DNA of 64,000 nt from positions 112,468,001-112,532,000 of the forward strand of contig JBITNC010000001.1 in the NCBI GenBank assembly GCA_050084985.1. The letters run 5' to 3'. Shown piece by piece: positions 38,491-53,260 of this stretch (within the stretch, counting starts at the first letter, position 1; each line of letters begins with the position of its first letter). The notes beneath the pieces are model-generated. The model saw nothing but the letters and a program-made list of their open reading frames with translations, did not search any database and was not told the DNA's origin. The position numbers and the translations under genes are program-made. This DNA is from Nageia nagi. Taxonomy: Eukaryota > Plantae > Pinophyta.

Positions 38491-40816
38491 GAATAATATA
38501 AAAATAATATTTATACTACATAGAAATGTAAAATAAGAATAGAGAAATATGTATCTAGATTCAAGAGTATTGAAACTTATTATTGCACAAGAAAGATATT
38601 ATAATCACAAGGTGGGTGTATTCTGCAACACCAAGTCCAACAACCTTCATACAAAACAAATTTGGTCTCCTAGATTATACAATGAAGAGATCACTATCAA
38701 ATTCCTATATAAATCTATGAAATAGACTTTTTATGGAAGTATTTATATAGAAATATATTTATTCTTAGCTTCTAAATGAACTTTGTAACTTCCTTCGTGA
38801 GTTTAAAATTCAAAAAACCACTTCAACTTCTCCTATACTACTTTGGAGAAAAAATGTTGATACTAGGGTAGTTGCATGGAAAGCTGAATAAAACATACAA
38901 AAATATTATTACAATCATACTAAGTTAACATCCAAAAATATGAAGTCAAAATACTCTTGTATCCCTATCATTGGTGGTATACCTAACATTAGCAGTACAG
39001 AACAATATATTTCTTCTAGGTCTAAGTAAATTTGAGTTTTTGAAGGTCATCCTAAGTCATGCAAACAAGTTAGAGACTGATTCATAGACTAGAACATGTC
39101 ATCTCAATTGTAAGATGATCCTAGATGATACTTAAATCTCTTTCAACTATCTATTAAATTACTAAGATCTTTTATTTTTTTTGATTTCATTACAAATTAA
39201 AAGATGAAAACCTTTTAATGAAAATTTATATGACACCCATGATCTTCATATGATGCAATGTTTTTAATATTTTAATACATATTTATTGAATAAGAAATGG
39301 ATGTACAAGGCTATTAAAAAAATTGATATTAGAAATTATATTTTAAAATATTTAACATTCAAAAAGGGTAAGTTAGAATAAATTTGTATATTGGAATATC
39401 TAAATTTATTAATTATTCTAAATTTAAAGTTATATTTGATAAATATAGGTTTCAAATCTTCCAAAAGGTATCATATGATTTTAGCTATTTTAAACTATTT
39501 AATTAATATGATATACTTGATTTTTCAAGATTGAAAATAATTATCATTGATATTACATATATTTTTATGAAGTACTTATGTTGTATATCATGGTTATGAA
39601 AATCAACCTATGTAAAGTAAAGGTAAACTAGTTATTACAACTTTGTCCATTGTGTATGTTATAGATTAATAATTGTACTTTCTAATTTTAGGTGTTAGTT
39701 TTTATTAAAAGAGATAACATAATCAAAATATTTAATTTAATTAATAAATAAATAAGTTTCCATTAGGACATCCAATAATTCAATTATTTTCTAATAGGGA
39801 AAAAACATTAGGTACGTTGGAAGTCATTGAGTTGAAATCTTTATCTTGGACATCATTTTCTCTTCGTCCAATTTGATCTCTTCATCCTTAATAATTTCCC
39901 CTCCTCCTCTTCATCTTCAAAAACCCTTATGGTAGGTCAACATGAGATGTTACTCTTCCACTAGACTAGCCAAATTTTTGGAGCCATGGAGTGGTCCAAT
40001 AATAGTATTATCTCTAAAATACACATAACCAATAGTAGATTCCAAGATATCTTAAAGAATTAAAAGAAAAAACTAGGAAAAAAAACTATTTAGAGAATGA
40101 GGTACCCCTACTAGTAGAATTCTACTACTTATATAAGGCAATTTAGGAAGCAGATGGAATGAGAGATGGGTGTTGAGATTAGAAATGGTAAGATGAAAGT
40201 TCAATAGTCAATGTAGAAGTGGTGTGATGCACTAGTTAATGTGTTGATGTTGATTTCTAGAGGAGCACCCTATTGGCAAGGGTGTTTTTTACACCTCATT
40301 GATTTTACTACCAGAGTAGAAGTGGAAGCCATCACATTGTTCCATAGCTTACTTGTTAAGGGAGGCTATGTTGCATCTTATCCAAATTTTACATACATGT
40401 TATAAGGTTCCAATGCCTAGAAACTAACTTATAGTAGTATTAATCATGGTTTGAGATTAACAAACCTACACTACATGAAGTACTTTTGCATTTCGCACTC
40501 CTTTTATTAATCCTAATAAAATAAAGAGCAAAGTACACATTAGAGTTTTTCTATTATCTTTATGTCAAAGTACCTCATCACTTGTAAGCCCACTAAACTA
40601 ATTTATCATTCATTAAATATTCTCTATTTACTTAAAATATTTTTTGTTTCATTTTTACAATTTGCTTATTTTCTAATTCAACTCTTTACTCTACAATAAC
40701 AGATAATTCCTAAAAAATAACATTCAAAATCAACAATATTGTATATTTGTAAAAATATTTAGTAACAATACTTTTTAGAAAAATAAAATTATGAAATTAG
40801 TATGCATTAATTTGCA

Positions 40817-41117
40817 TCACCAATAATCCCCATAAGAACATTCTTCATGTTTGAAATGAGGAAATCAATTTGCATCCCTCGTAGCAATGTTTCTTACAAT
40901 AGTCCTAGGGATAAACTTGGTTATAGAACTCTAGTCATCACATAGTCGAAGACTCTTCATAATCATAGTAATATTTCCAATAGAATATTTAAGAACCTGA
41001 AAGCAATTGCCAACATTGCTAAGCAATTCTTTATCCTCATCTTCCACATCATTCAATGTAGGTATTGTATTTGGAAATATAATCTGCTACCTTCATCTTA
41101 CTCAATAGTTTTTTCAA
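40817..41117 (-). pseudogene. PPR pseudogene, copy 3: DYW domain only
   Basis: The minus strand translates TLNDVEDEDKELL ... MKSLRLCDD*SSITKFIPRTIVRNIATRDAN*FPHFKHEECSYGDYW*. About 1.2 kb of upstream PPR/E sequence is deleted at about 41117. Confidence 0.9.
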
Positions 41118-44100
41118 AACATAGAAAATATAATCCAATGCATGCAAGTGCTTTTGAATCAAACACCTATATACTTTGATTCTTTGTGATAAAATAATAG
41201 CCATCCCTTTTTAGCACAAATTTACTATATCTACAACTCGTAAGAAACTTGTGGGATTGTTACTAGCAATGAGCTAAAGCGAAACATGAATACATCATGG
41301 TAAGAAGAATAGGAGGAGAGACTATGGTATTGATATTTAAGAAGGTTTATGAGGATACATGAAATAATTACAAACCAATATTTTTCCTTACCTCAATCAT
41401 TATTTGAAAATTTAAGGTTGGCATTTTTTTTAGGGAGTTACATCTATAGAATGTTGGTCATTGTATTTTAGGAAGAACAACTCTTTAAGGTAGAGAATAG
41501 ATGGATGAAGATATATGACCACACTAAAGCAAGTACTCATCTCAAATCTTGAACATAAGATTAATCACCTAGGAATATACATCATCTACTTACCAAGAAG
41601 AATACAAACTGTATTAAACTAATACCATTCCATTCCCAAATATGATATTGAAGTGATACTTATGAATTATTCAAATAAATTATAATTATGGTTGCAAAAG
41701 TATTTATAAAAGGAAATAAGCAAATACAAGACCACAATATTAGTAGTAAGGATTTAGGCTTGATGGAGGTCACATGGATGCAAGCCTCCTCTTCCACAAA
41801 TTATGATGTACACTCTTCACATTGGGAGATGCAAGGAAGAGACCCCTCCTAAGTGTAATGGAAGTGCCCTATCTAGACATTGCTCTTGTTGATCACCATT
41901 AACCTTGCCTAGGTAAGTATAATTTCATTCTTCTCCTCCCTCCCATATATCCTCTCTCCTCTTTCCTCTCCCTCAACACTCTTAAATGTGGGATCATCAT
42001 GCAACCTTATGTTCAATGTAAGCATGCACAAATAATTCATATCTTCTGAATGGATTCTTGAAATGTGCCACCCATTGAAGCTAATATCGAGTTTATGATA
42101 GAATAGCTTTAACAAAATCACATTGCATACCCTACATTCCTTATATATTAAGAAAGTAAACCTTTACTATATATAATATATAATTTTTTTCTAATAATTT
42201 AAATAAATATAAAAAAATAAGATATTATACATATTTTTAATTATGTTTACATAATTTTAGATTTAATTGAGATGTTAAAAAAAATTGTGAACAAAATTAA
42301 TTTATGATATATATAGGGATAAACCTCAAGCATCAATGCTTCATAATAAATTTTAACTTACAATCATTCATATTTTTTTAGGATAGAGAGTATGCTAACA
42401 TATAAATAAGTTTTCTATAGTTTTTTTTTTTTGTTAATTCAAGGTGTTGTAGCTATTGTAGATTCAAAGGTATAATATAACACCTCAACTAGATAAGGAA
42501 CATGTTTAGGAAATGAATTATATTTTAATCCTATATGAGTTTCTCCTTAGAAAATAATTAATCATGTACATACATGTTATTTTTTCACATATGGTATAAG
42601 ATTTTAAAAAGATATAAAATCCATTGTATGTTTAGTATTTATGTGTAATCATATTTAATATGTATATTTAAACATATCTAGATTTATCTTGAGACAGTTA
42701 ATATGAAAATTATGCTTAACTAAAATTTTAATAATTTTTTTATAAAAATGTAATAATATCTTATCATATTAATAATATAATATTTCTATATTTACAACAT
42801 TTTATGGCTTATTAAAGTAGTATTTTTTTTCCTTTATGCATATCTCGCTACTCATCATGGGAAAATTTATGAAAAACTAAAAAATCTCATATAAATAACA
42901 TAGTTACAACCTCCTCAAATTGATATATTCATAAAAATTGATATTTATTTCACATATCTCACATAAATAATAAGGTTTCATTCTTTAATTGCTAATATCC
43001 CTCCCAAAACAATGCTAGTCAAGGGTGTAAATAAATAATGGATGCTTGTTATAATATGAAAAGATTTGAATATAATTTTAATAAATTAATTGTAGTCATC
43101 CTATTTTTATATGTCATATTAATCATCTTGTTTATTATACTATTATATGTAATATTTTTTTTACTAATAATCTATCTTCTATACTATATTGGTAACAATA
43201 TTGTCATACATTATATTTTTATATCTTAATTATAACTTCAAAATATATTACAAACCATATTAATAAATATAGATACCAGTTCAAACTTATTAATGTAAAA
43301 ATTTATTATCAAGAGAAGTAATTTATCAAATGCAATTTTTTTTCACTTTGTGCATACATTATGAAAAATAAATACTTTTGAAACTTCACTCTTTCTATCA
43401 ACATGAGTTAAATTATGTGTTATGAATGTCATGAAGAAGTAAAACTAAACTATTTGAATGTCTTCATTGAAAAATTTTATTTATTAAGGGAATTGTATTA
43501 AGAGATTATATGAATTCTAAAGTTATTAGTTTATACTTTAAACCTTATTGTACATATTTTTGTAGGTTGTTCTATTCTAATTTCAAAATAATATAAAGCA
43601 TTCTAAAATGTATTAATAATTATATAGACTAAAAAATTCAAATCTTTTGTAAGGAAAAATATCAATTAAAATTTTTAATTACCAAGATAAATATATATAA
43701 CTTAACAAGTACTTTATGATTAATATTGTAATTGTTTTTTAGTTTTATTGTTAGTTTGATTAAATTAGTTGAATTTTATACATTTTTCTTTTCACATATA
43801 AATTATACTTGAAGAAATGTGACATTATATTTTGCATAGTGCTCTAAATTTTGCAACTCATATTCTAGAGTAATATTTATAATCAAAGATTATAACAAAA
43901 CTTTATGTTTTTACATTTAAAAATTATAATATATATTTATTTCACTATAGCATTATTAAGTATGATTTAACAATGTAAATACTTTATTCTTAGTAATTCT
44001 TCTACTAATATGAATACAAAAATAGTTATCAAATAATCAAGATCCATATTTTTATAATGTAAAATTTAACCAATTAATAGATATAAATTCAAATAAAATA

Positions 44101-45318
44101 AAATTTCAAAAAATTGAATATAATTATTTACTAATAATCAGCTATAAAGAAAAATTTAGCCTTGGATTTTGGAGAAACAATTTGAATATCGAAATTAAAA
44201 TTAAACAAGCTCTAATGAGTCAAATCAAAATTATTTTTAACTTTCAAATCTATTGATAAATAAAGGTATTGATATACAAGTTCTTTCTCGGTAAAAATAT
44301 AAGTATGTATAGAATTGAAAAAAAATATTTTATTCATCTTTTCAAATGCTTTACTTTCTTTGCAAATTAATTGTAAATACTTAGATTTTTTTGCTGATAT
44401 TATCTTCCATTTGTAATCCTATTGAAATAAATTATTGTTTCGAATATGTTTAATTCAATAAAAATATTTTATTATATTCCTTCAAAAGCTTAGTAAAAAA
44501 AATATAATTATTGAGCATCCAAATAAATATTTATGTATATATTATAAGATAAAATTCTATTTTTTTCTTTTATACTCCTATTAGAAAATCAAATAATCAT
44601 CCACATAAGAAATATTAAAATTCAAATGGAAAATGTTATATTCAATCAAATAAAAAATATTATATACACTAATTACAAATGAAATTAAAGAATAATATAC
44701 TAACTGAAAGTATTCAATAAAAATAAGTTCATACGTATTTCAAAGTATGATGTTGAACTATCATTTTTTAAAAGATCATATTTATAAATAATAACACATG
44801 TTATTATAATAAAATTATTTTTAATACTATTTAATTCATTAAATATTTATTATATATTTTTTATATTAGATAAGACATCTTATTTATCAATTAAATAATT
44901 AGTTAAAAGATATAGTATGATAATATGCAATATTAGTATAATGACAGCACACACGATCATGTAAAACAAAAAAAATAAAAATCCAAAGGCTAAAATCTAT
45001 ATCATGATCAGCTTACTCTGTAGCAAATTCTCAATCACCAATTCTAAAATGAACTTCCAAAGCTCAAAGGTGGATGCCTACCACGTAATGAAAATTAGCT
45101 TTCAAAATTCAAAGGAGAATACCTATAACCTAAATATATGAACATCTACTGAAAATAAACCATCTAGAAGACAACTGAAATAAACCATTACATAACATGT
45201 ACATGTATGCCTCTAATAGAAATCAAAAGTAGAAAACAAATCACAATAAAATCACTACATGAGTAACCCATCCAACGATCTAGCTCACACACCCCTATCA
45301 CTTTCTCCTTTAACAATT

Positions 45319-46371
45319 TTAAATCAGAGTTTGAACAAGCTGCACAATATATAACCCTGCGTATGTATCCATCAGGGCAGGCTTCTCTTTAGGATTCACA
45401 TTCTCCAAGAAGGCGCGCCTAAATTGGTTCAATGTGAAAGGTCTATAACGTCGTGGATAGTGGTCGTCCACCAGCTGAGGAGGAGCCCACATCTCTTTCT
45501 CGCCTGGAAAATGCAAGCCACACAGCCAAAGATATGTGATCCGTCCACCCTTTCTGAACCACTCGATGCTCCGCATTTCTTAACATTCCGTCGCTCCATG
45601 CCTGCACTTTCCTTCATTACTTTATATCCACAAAAACATTATATCAACACCGATAACTTCTTCCTCACCTTAAGGCAATCGGCGATATTGATAACAAATG
45701 AGTCCAGTTGCGGCTTCACATCCAACCACTTTCCTTGCTTGGACCGAATCAGAAGGCCGCCCTCATCACCTCTGTACAGGATGGTAAAAATCCCGCTATC
45801 TGTATGAGCAATGACAGCCTCGTCCTCTATCAATTTTCCGTGAGAAGTATAGTGAGTGATACGCACTGTATACTTGCAGTTCTGGAAATCAGATTCGTAG
45901 AAATGTTCGACGTCCAAATCTAGGGTTGCAAGCATGGTTTTACTTATAGTTAGCACGAGATCTGCCAAGAGGAGCATATATGCTCCAACTGTTCAATTTT
46001 TAACTTGTATAATAACAGCATTATATGAGCAGAAGAAAACAGCATACAAGAATAATGGATTTTGCGAAACATTTCAACTACTGATTCTGAATGACGTAGA
46101 TTGAGGATTGTGAAACTCTCGCTGCCATTCTCACTGGCATAGCTACCCAATCTTTGTTTGGCCTCGGCTGACTCTACGTCTCGAAGAAGAGTTTGTGGAA
46201 TTCCGTGGTTGACAACTCTGAAGAATCCCAATTCTTGTCAGGCGTCTTTCACTTTGGCGATGACCTCATGATAGTGGGCATCATGAGTTGTCAGTGTCAA
46301 TCGTGAAATGTCGATGAGAGGGAGATCAACTTCAGACCAACATCAGGGGAAGTCTGCAGAGAGCACGCCAT
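45319..46371 (-). pseudogene. 2OG-Fe(II) dioxygenase type A, second copy, pseudogene
   Basis: MACSLQTSPDVGL start at 46371. Defects: -1 frameshift at codon 13-14, TGC>TGA at 46240-46238, 27-nt and 19-nt exon-1 deletions, intron-1 acceptor deleted, +1 frameshift in exon 3, HIS at the RxS position, and stop TAG>TAT with read-through to 45319. HxD (AHTDSG) and AEHRVV are retained. Confidence 0.9.
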
Positions 46372-46733
46372 GGTAGAGGATCTGTGCAGGGAAACGACTG
46401 AAAAATATAGAGAATAGAAGAAAATATCACACGAATACCACAAACGATGATTTATTAGCAAATGGGTTAGCTCATTCCCTCGTACACCTGGAATATATAT
46501 AGATAAGAGGAGTGAAAAATAAAAATTACCTTCGATTATTGAGAAATTTTTCAAATTTGAACACATTAGATAGAGAAATAGTCAAAACAAACCAAACGAA
46601 CATTTTCTGACATTACATCGATCAACAAACAGAAGCACCCGCTACAATGTGTTTCTATTCATCTTTATGTTGAAGTTATCTCTCTATAATTTTAGAGTGA
46701 ATGTATATGCACATGTTTAATAGACGGCAAAAT

Positions 46734-47066
46734 ATTCCATCTCCCTACAAATCACACCGCTTTAGTTCCTCAATAAACCCAAAAGTCTTAAGCATGTGTA
46801 TCTCGATAGATGCAAGTTTTTATTTTGAAGTTTACTTTATTTGTCTTATGGACATACCTAACAATATCACACTATTCCATCTCCATAAAAATCACACCGC
46901 CTTAAATATTTAATAAACCCACCACTCACAAGATTCCATCTCCACCTAATAATCTCACACTATTCCATCTCCATACAAATCACACCGTCTTAAATATTAA
47001 ATAAACCCCACCACTCACAAGATTCCATCTCTACATACATCACACCTCCTTATTAGTTAATATACC
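46734..47066. repeat. Five copies (one truncated) of the ~50-bp upstream motif
   Basis: Units at 46734, 46874, 46933 (partial), 46962 and 47022; expanded by a local ~88-bp duplication. Confidence 0.8.
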
Positions 47067-48070
47067 ATACTCTTTGGATAGATGTAATGTCAAAATAATT
47101 ATTTTAAGTCATATATTTTTTAATGAAATAGTGATTATTTTATATGTAATTATTTTATTAAATAAATTATTCTTTATATTTATCTTAGGTTTCAAACCAA
47201 TGATTGAGGGGCATTCACACCATCAAAATAAATTTGGGGTACCTATCATAACTTGAAAGGATTTTAGATATCATGCATTTTGAGAGGGACTGATATACAC
47301 CTCATGCCTCCCTTTTTTTAATTGAGAGTTTTAACGTGTTTTCTCACCAACTCACCTCACAACTACTAGTAGTAATCAATCAAAAGATCATCGATTTTAG
47401 ATACCATGCATGTGAAGTGAAGATATTTTATCCTAGATCCTTCCTTTTTCAAATTTAGAGATAGTAATGGTTTATATGTAATATTGAAAATTGAATGATG
47501 TACATTTTTTTTATTTTACAAGTTGGTAGTAACATATACAAGAGAAGTGTATTGGGTTAGATGAATAATTAAATAATCATATATCTTGTTATTAAAATAT
47601 ATTAAATAATATATGAACATATATCTAAAGTTACATTCAAAGGTAAATTCTTTTTGTATTTATTTTAATATAAAGGATAATTAGGTTTTGTACTTCTTTT
47701 GTACAAAGGAAATGTTCAATGGGATTAATAAATAAAATAATCAATATGACAAAAATTTCATATAACAATATTTTTTACACATAAAAAATTCAATTTACCA
47801 ATTTACAGATAAATATATTACAATCTAATTCAATTTTTTATTAAAATAATGAAGTGTTGTTATTTTAATGTCATGTGCTTTATTAATAAGCATTCAAATA
47901 AATTTTAATAAATATTTATATAAAATATTATTAATTCTTATAGTATATATTGATGATGATCAAGAAGATATAAATTACATGATGAAAAATAGTTTTTAGA
48001 TAATTAATATCACCATCCAATCCAACAAATCAATTTCAATTAATAAAAATAAACAAGTGTTATCAAAGTT

Positions 48071-49993
48071 TTAGTGGAGATTCATGCAAGAGATCAAATG
48101 GAAGAATAAAGTTCATAACAAAAATTCTTTATTCTTTTGAATCTACACTAATTCTTCAAAAGGATTACAATCAACATTTATAAAGTATCTCTTTTCCTCT
48201 TTCTAATTTTTAAAAAAGCTTAAAATATAGCTTAGATGAGGTCCAAAATTGAGCCATGCATCCATTACTCATACATGCAATTATTCGAAAAATAGAAGTA
48301 AAAGTTAGAACTAAAAGTAAAAGTGAAATTTGGGCTATAAGAAAATTGAAATTTTCTCTTTTAGGAGATATTACAATCTTGTAGATTTTTCAATTTTGTG
48401 TGATTTAAAAATTAAATGGGCTGTAAATGATATCAGGATCAAAAGTTACATCTTTCAGAAGTTGGGGGATTTTTTTGCTACACAAAGAAAGTGTAACTAG
48501 ATATTACAAGTTCATCATTCTCCTTTGTTGAAATAAACTCAGCCCTTAAGTTCCATTGATATGAGAAATTGAAAATACCCAAAAAACCCTTCATTTTAAA
48601 TTTTTTTCTTTTCTAGCTACTCATTGCACTCTTCTCTCTACATCTTACATTCTAAAATTCACTTATGATTCTCCTCTTTTGTTGAGCTTGTATCTTTCTC
48701 CATCTTTTGCCATCCTTTAAAAAAATTATTTATTGAATTTCATGAAATAAATTCATCCCAAAAGTATGTTTCACTCTCATATTCCTCATTTAAAGCATGC
48801 TAGTCAATAAACTCATCATATTTTTGAACATTCAAATGATTATCCATGTGCTCCATTGCTAATTTTAGAAGAAATTCTATTTCTTTTTCTTTTTTTCCCT
48901 CCCTTACTAAATCAAATAACTCTAATACATTTGCTAAAATGATATTTTCATATCCATCTATATGGCTTCTTCTAGTAGGTCCATAACCATAGAAGATAAT
49001 TTTATAGCTTCATTTGAATTAACATTCTCATATTTGATTTTAGCTTGCATAATATCCTTCGAGATCTTATTGTTTTCTAGATATATTCAATGAATTCTTC
49101 CTCTTCAGGCATGCTTATGATCACCAACTCAAAACTCTTAGATACATTCATATGCTTCTCTGCAACTACATAACTATAACAGTTCTCAAAACCCTTTTTG
49201 TTGTTGACCAAGCTTTTCTATATTAATTTTATAGTCCTCTCTCTACGTGGGACTTTTATTTTTTTCATACTTCTAATACAAGTTGTCAACCAAGCATTTC
49301 TTCAACTCTCCTTACCCTAAAGGTACTGAACCTTGAACCACAAATGTTTTTCCTCCTACATGAGATGTTTGTATTCAAACTTTATACTCCTTAGAGTAAC
49401 TTCCAACTATAACTACTCATGTTGCTTCTTTATCTCCTTCCCTTCCATGGTGATCCAAATCCAATATTCTATCAAATAAGATCAACTAGCTCTAATACCA
49501 AATGATATGGATTTCTGCAAGAGACCAAAACATATCTCCAAAATTGATTCACAACACACAAATAAATCAATAGAAGAATAAAAATCACAACAAGAATTCT
49601 TTATTCTTCTAAACCACACTAATTCCTTAAAAGTATTACAATTAGCTCTTATAAGGCATCTCTTTCCCTTAAATAATTTTTAAAAAGCCTAAAATTTAGC
49701 TTATATGAGGCCCAAAATGGAGCCATGCATCCATTACTCAATACATGCAATTTTTTAAAAAATAAAACTAAAAGTTAGAACTAAAAGTAAAAGCAAAATT
49801 TGGGCTATACAATAATTGTTTTAGGCATCAAAATTTTCTCTTTTAGGAGAAGTTACAATCTTGTAGATTTTTTGATTCTGTGCAATTTTAAATAATAAAT
49901 GAACTCCATATGATATTAGGATCAAAAGCTACATCCTTAAGAAGTTAAGGTATTATTCTATAAATAAAGTGTAACTGGATATTGGGTTCATCA
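48071..49993 (-). mobile_element. Second copy of the non-autonomous LTR element, at the same insertion site within the duplicated unit
   Basis: LTRs at 48071-48517 and 49503-49993; minus-strand primer-binding site TGGTATTAGAGC at 49500-49489; left flank aagtt; flanks homologous to those of 28455-30506. Confidence 0.85.
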
Positions 49994-50080
49994 TGTTTTT
50001 TCATTTCCTTTAATGATAAACATTGAAATAAATTTTAATAAAGATTTTTGTAAAACATTATGAAATTTTAAAATATATAT

Positions 50081-51490
50081 TTGAGAATGTGGCTAAGCTT
50101 ACCATTATAAAGGATATTTTGTATAATTTAAGGGATGATTAAAGGAATACTTTGATCAAATGCTTCATTATACTAATGTCATACTTAGAATATATTAATC
50201 AATGAATTATTAAAAATTGGAAAGTATCTTGTTAAGTTGATATGGTTACTTTACCTCATGAATTTTTAGTCTTTATTTTTGCAAATGCATAAGACATGAA
50301 CAAGGTTATGAAGTTTGGACCTTTATTTTTGGTTCAAAAGGAGCTACTTTTAAAATGTTTACATACAAGTTTCTATCTTAAGAAGGATAACATTTACAGT
50401 TTTCTTGTATGGGTCAATTTACCTAATTTACCAATATATTATTTGGATATGAGTATGATTGTTAGAATTACTAATATAGTAGGATTTTTGTTCTAGATTA
50501 GAAAAAAGTCACAAGAATTGAGAATAGAATGAACGAATTTGAATTTTACATTAACAATGACATTACAATGGATTTAAGGTAAAATATTTATGTTGAGGAG
50601 GAAGATGGAGAAACTTGGGAACAAAAAATAGTTTATGAATATATGCCTATTAGTTGTAGCATATGTAGAAAATTTAATTATTATACCATGAAATATTTGG
50701 ATAAGAAGGAAAAAGAGAAGATGTATGTCCTCAAGTAATAGGAAAACATGGAATACCCATGTGTAAAGGAATCAAAGATTCTAGAGAAATGATTAATTTC
50801 AAGCAAAGAGAGGAGGAGTAAATTTTAGAATGTTTAGCATCCAAATAAAGGTATTAAAATAGCAAAAATTATAGAGTAGGAGAGTTTCCATTGGCAATTA
50901 CAAATAGAAAAGTAATAATTAGCAATGAAGAAGTGGAGGAAGCCAAAAATAGGAAGTGACAAAGAAATGAAGTAAAAAATACAAAAAAAATAGGAGATAG
51001 ATAAAGATAGGTCATCAAGATATGATGAAGAAATAGAAAAAGAATAAGAAATGGAGGTTGATGATGAAACACACCTTCCAAAAGAACACATTTTGATAAT
51101 ACAATAAGGAAGACACAAGATATATGTTAAAGGACATATAAAGAGGATACTACCAATAAAACATAAGGCACTATAGAGTACAACAATGATTTTAACGTCC
51201 CATGTGGTACTCAAGGATTATTCTTAGTTAGAATATACAATGATGTAATACCAAAATAGGTAAAGATCATCATGTACCTCTAAAGGGAAATTCTTATAGA
51301 TTTGTTATTTATGTAGGAGATAAAGATGAAGAATTATAAGCTACTAGAAGTGGAAAAGAAATTTTAAAGGGATTATTTTTTTCAAAGAGAATAAGATGCC
51401 CTATAAATGGATCCATTTAGATTATGAAACCCAACTGCTATAAAAGGTATTCCCTATCCTAACACATCTAATAAATATTTCATACACATA
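50081..51490 (+). mobile_element. Decayed LINE ORF1 remnant, copy 5 (5' truncated at the unit junction)
   Basis: ORF 50296-50496 (KVMKFGPLFLVQKELLLK..FLVWVNLPNLPIYY) is DUF4283/ORF1-like; CSICRKF at about 50654. Confidence 0.8.
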
Positions 51491-53069
51491 GCAAAATAAT
51501 ATTTTTCAACTACATCCTATATAAATTAAACCAATAAATAAGAAATTAGGCATAAATAAATAATTCCAATAACTTCCTACAAATACTCATTTAGTGCATG
51601 TACATTTTAAAATTAATATAATCCATGTTTTAAATTGTTAATGTTTTATATAAGATATTGATGTAGAAAAAATATAACAAATAAAATTAGATATAACCAT
51701 AATCATTTTTTCTCATTGTTTTTGAAAACTAGAATCTGGTTTATAATTAAATATTTTATATAAGAAAATAATATTTAAATAATACTTAACCTATATATCT
51801 TTTAATATCCAATATTATAATAACATATTTTAAAAGTAGTATTTATAATTAATACATATATGTTATTATAGAATTTTTCAAATAACATATTTAATTCCTT
51901 AATAGTTGTTAAATTTTATTATTAGATGACCAAACTAATAAAATAGTTTGTTACCATTGTTAGTTGTATAATGTAATATTCCAAATATTTTTGTCACTTT
52001 GGCATTGGAATAAAAAAAATGTATTTTATATAGCTTTTGTATGAAATGAATAATTTTTGAACCAATTCAAACTAATCATGCATGTTTTATTCTTTGTATG
52101 GTATATGGAACTAGTCAATCAAACATGTGTGAGCCTTGGTAATATTTAACACAACAAATGCACCCAATTTCATAAGTCTTTTTTATTTTTTAAATAATAG
52201 TGTGCAATTCAAAAAACATGCTTGATGTTGTTCACTCATGTTCTTGTTGAGTATCTTTACTTTTCTTGATGTCTCCATGTAAAAAAATATTTAAAAAAAA
52301 AATCCAATAGTTAAAAAAGAAAAAAAAGATTAAAAATTAAAAATCAAAGTTTAAAAACTATTTCATGGTGGGCCTACTCTCTAATAAATTTTAAGATGTG
52401 GATTTGAAAATGAGATTCGAAAGCTCAAATGGGATGCCTACAGCCTAATGAAATAATAACTTTTAAAGAGTTATAGTTAGAGATAAACCAAATCAAAAAT
52501 ACATTATTTTTGAATTTAACTTATAATACATTTTGAATTTTCTTTTACTAATTATAACATTAATTCAAATAATTGTATAATTATTCATCATCTATATGCT
52601 TTTATTTGTATTTCTCTATGATTATTTGCAATGATCTTGTAAAATATAAGACTTGCAAATGAATACTGGTAATATTCTAAATAGTAATAATAATATGATA
52701 TATAAACCATTAGAATATAATTACACTTAAGATAATCACTATTATAATAACAACAAAATATATCTAAGTACATTGAAATAAAATTTATCTAATATTTTAT
52801 GTTAAATTTAATTATGTTGGTAGTCCACCACAGAAGTTTGAGAAAGCAAGTTCAAGTCTCCTACCTCAACTTAATGAGAAAAAAAATGATATTCAATCAA
52901 GTTGAAAATATAAATAATAAACTAAAAATAATCAAATTTTGGTAAAAAGTATTTATAAATTTATGCATTATCTAATGTTGAATTAACCTTCAAGTTAAAA
53001 ATTGAGTTTCAAATTCCAATCCTCATGCTAAAATAATTTACAACAAAAACATTATATAGTTAAAGGAAT

Positions 53070-53260
53070 CTAGCTTATACGCCACTATCACTTCTCAATG
53101 ATAATTTGTAATCATGGAATTAGAAAAGGGGACACAATCATAACCCTACATATCTATCTATCAAGGAGCATTCTCTTTAGAATTCCTATTCTCCAAGGCA
53201 TGCCTAAATTGGTTGATTTTGCAGGCTATATAATGTCATGGATAATGGTCGTCCACAAGT
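53070..53260 (-). pseudogene. Relic 2OGD last-exon end plus 3'UTR fragment (best preserved relic)
   Basis: ataaccctacatatctatctatcaa..ttctctttagaattc..ttctccaaggcatgcctaaattggtt..tggataatggtcgtccacaag aligns to 25811-25935 and 45351-45475. Confidence 0.75.

Noticed and set aside
45424-45923. Plus-strand ORFs over the 2OGD exons (also 26041, 32302, 32343, 32959)
   Set aside because: Antisense shadows of GC-richer coding sequence, with no independent support.
46734-47066. CRISPR-like repeat-spacer array
   Set aside because: Eukaryotic context, degenerate repeats, irregular and duplicated spacers, and no cas genes.
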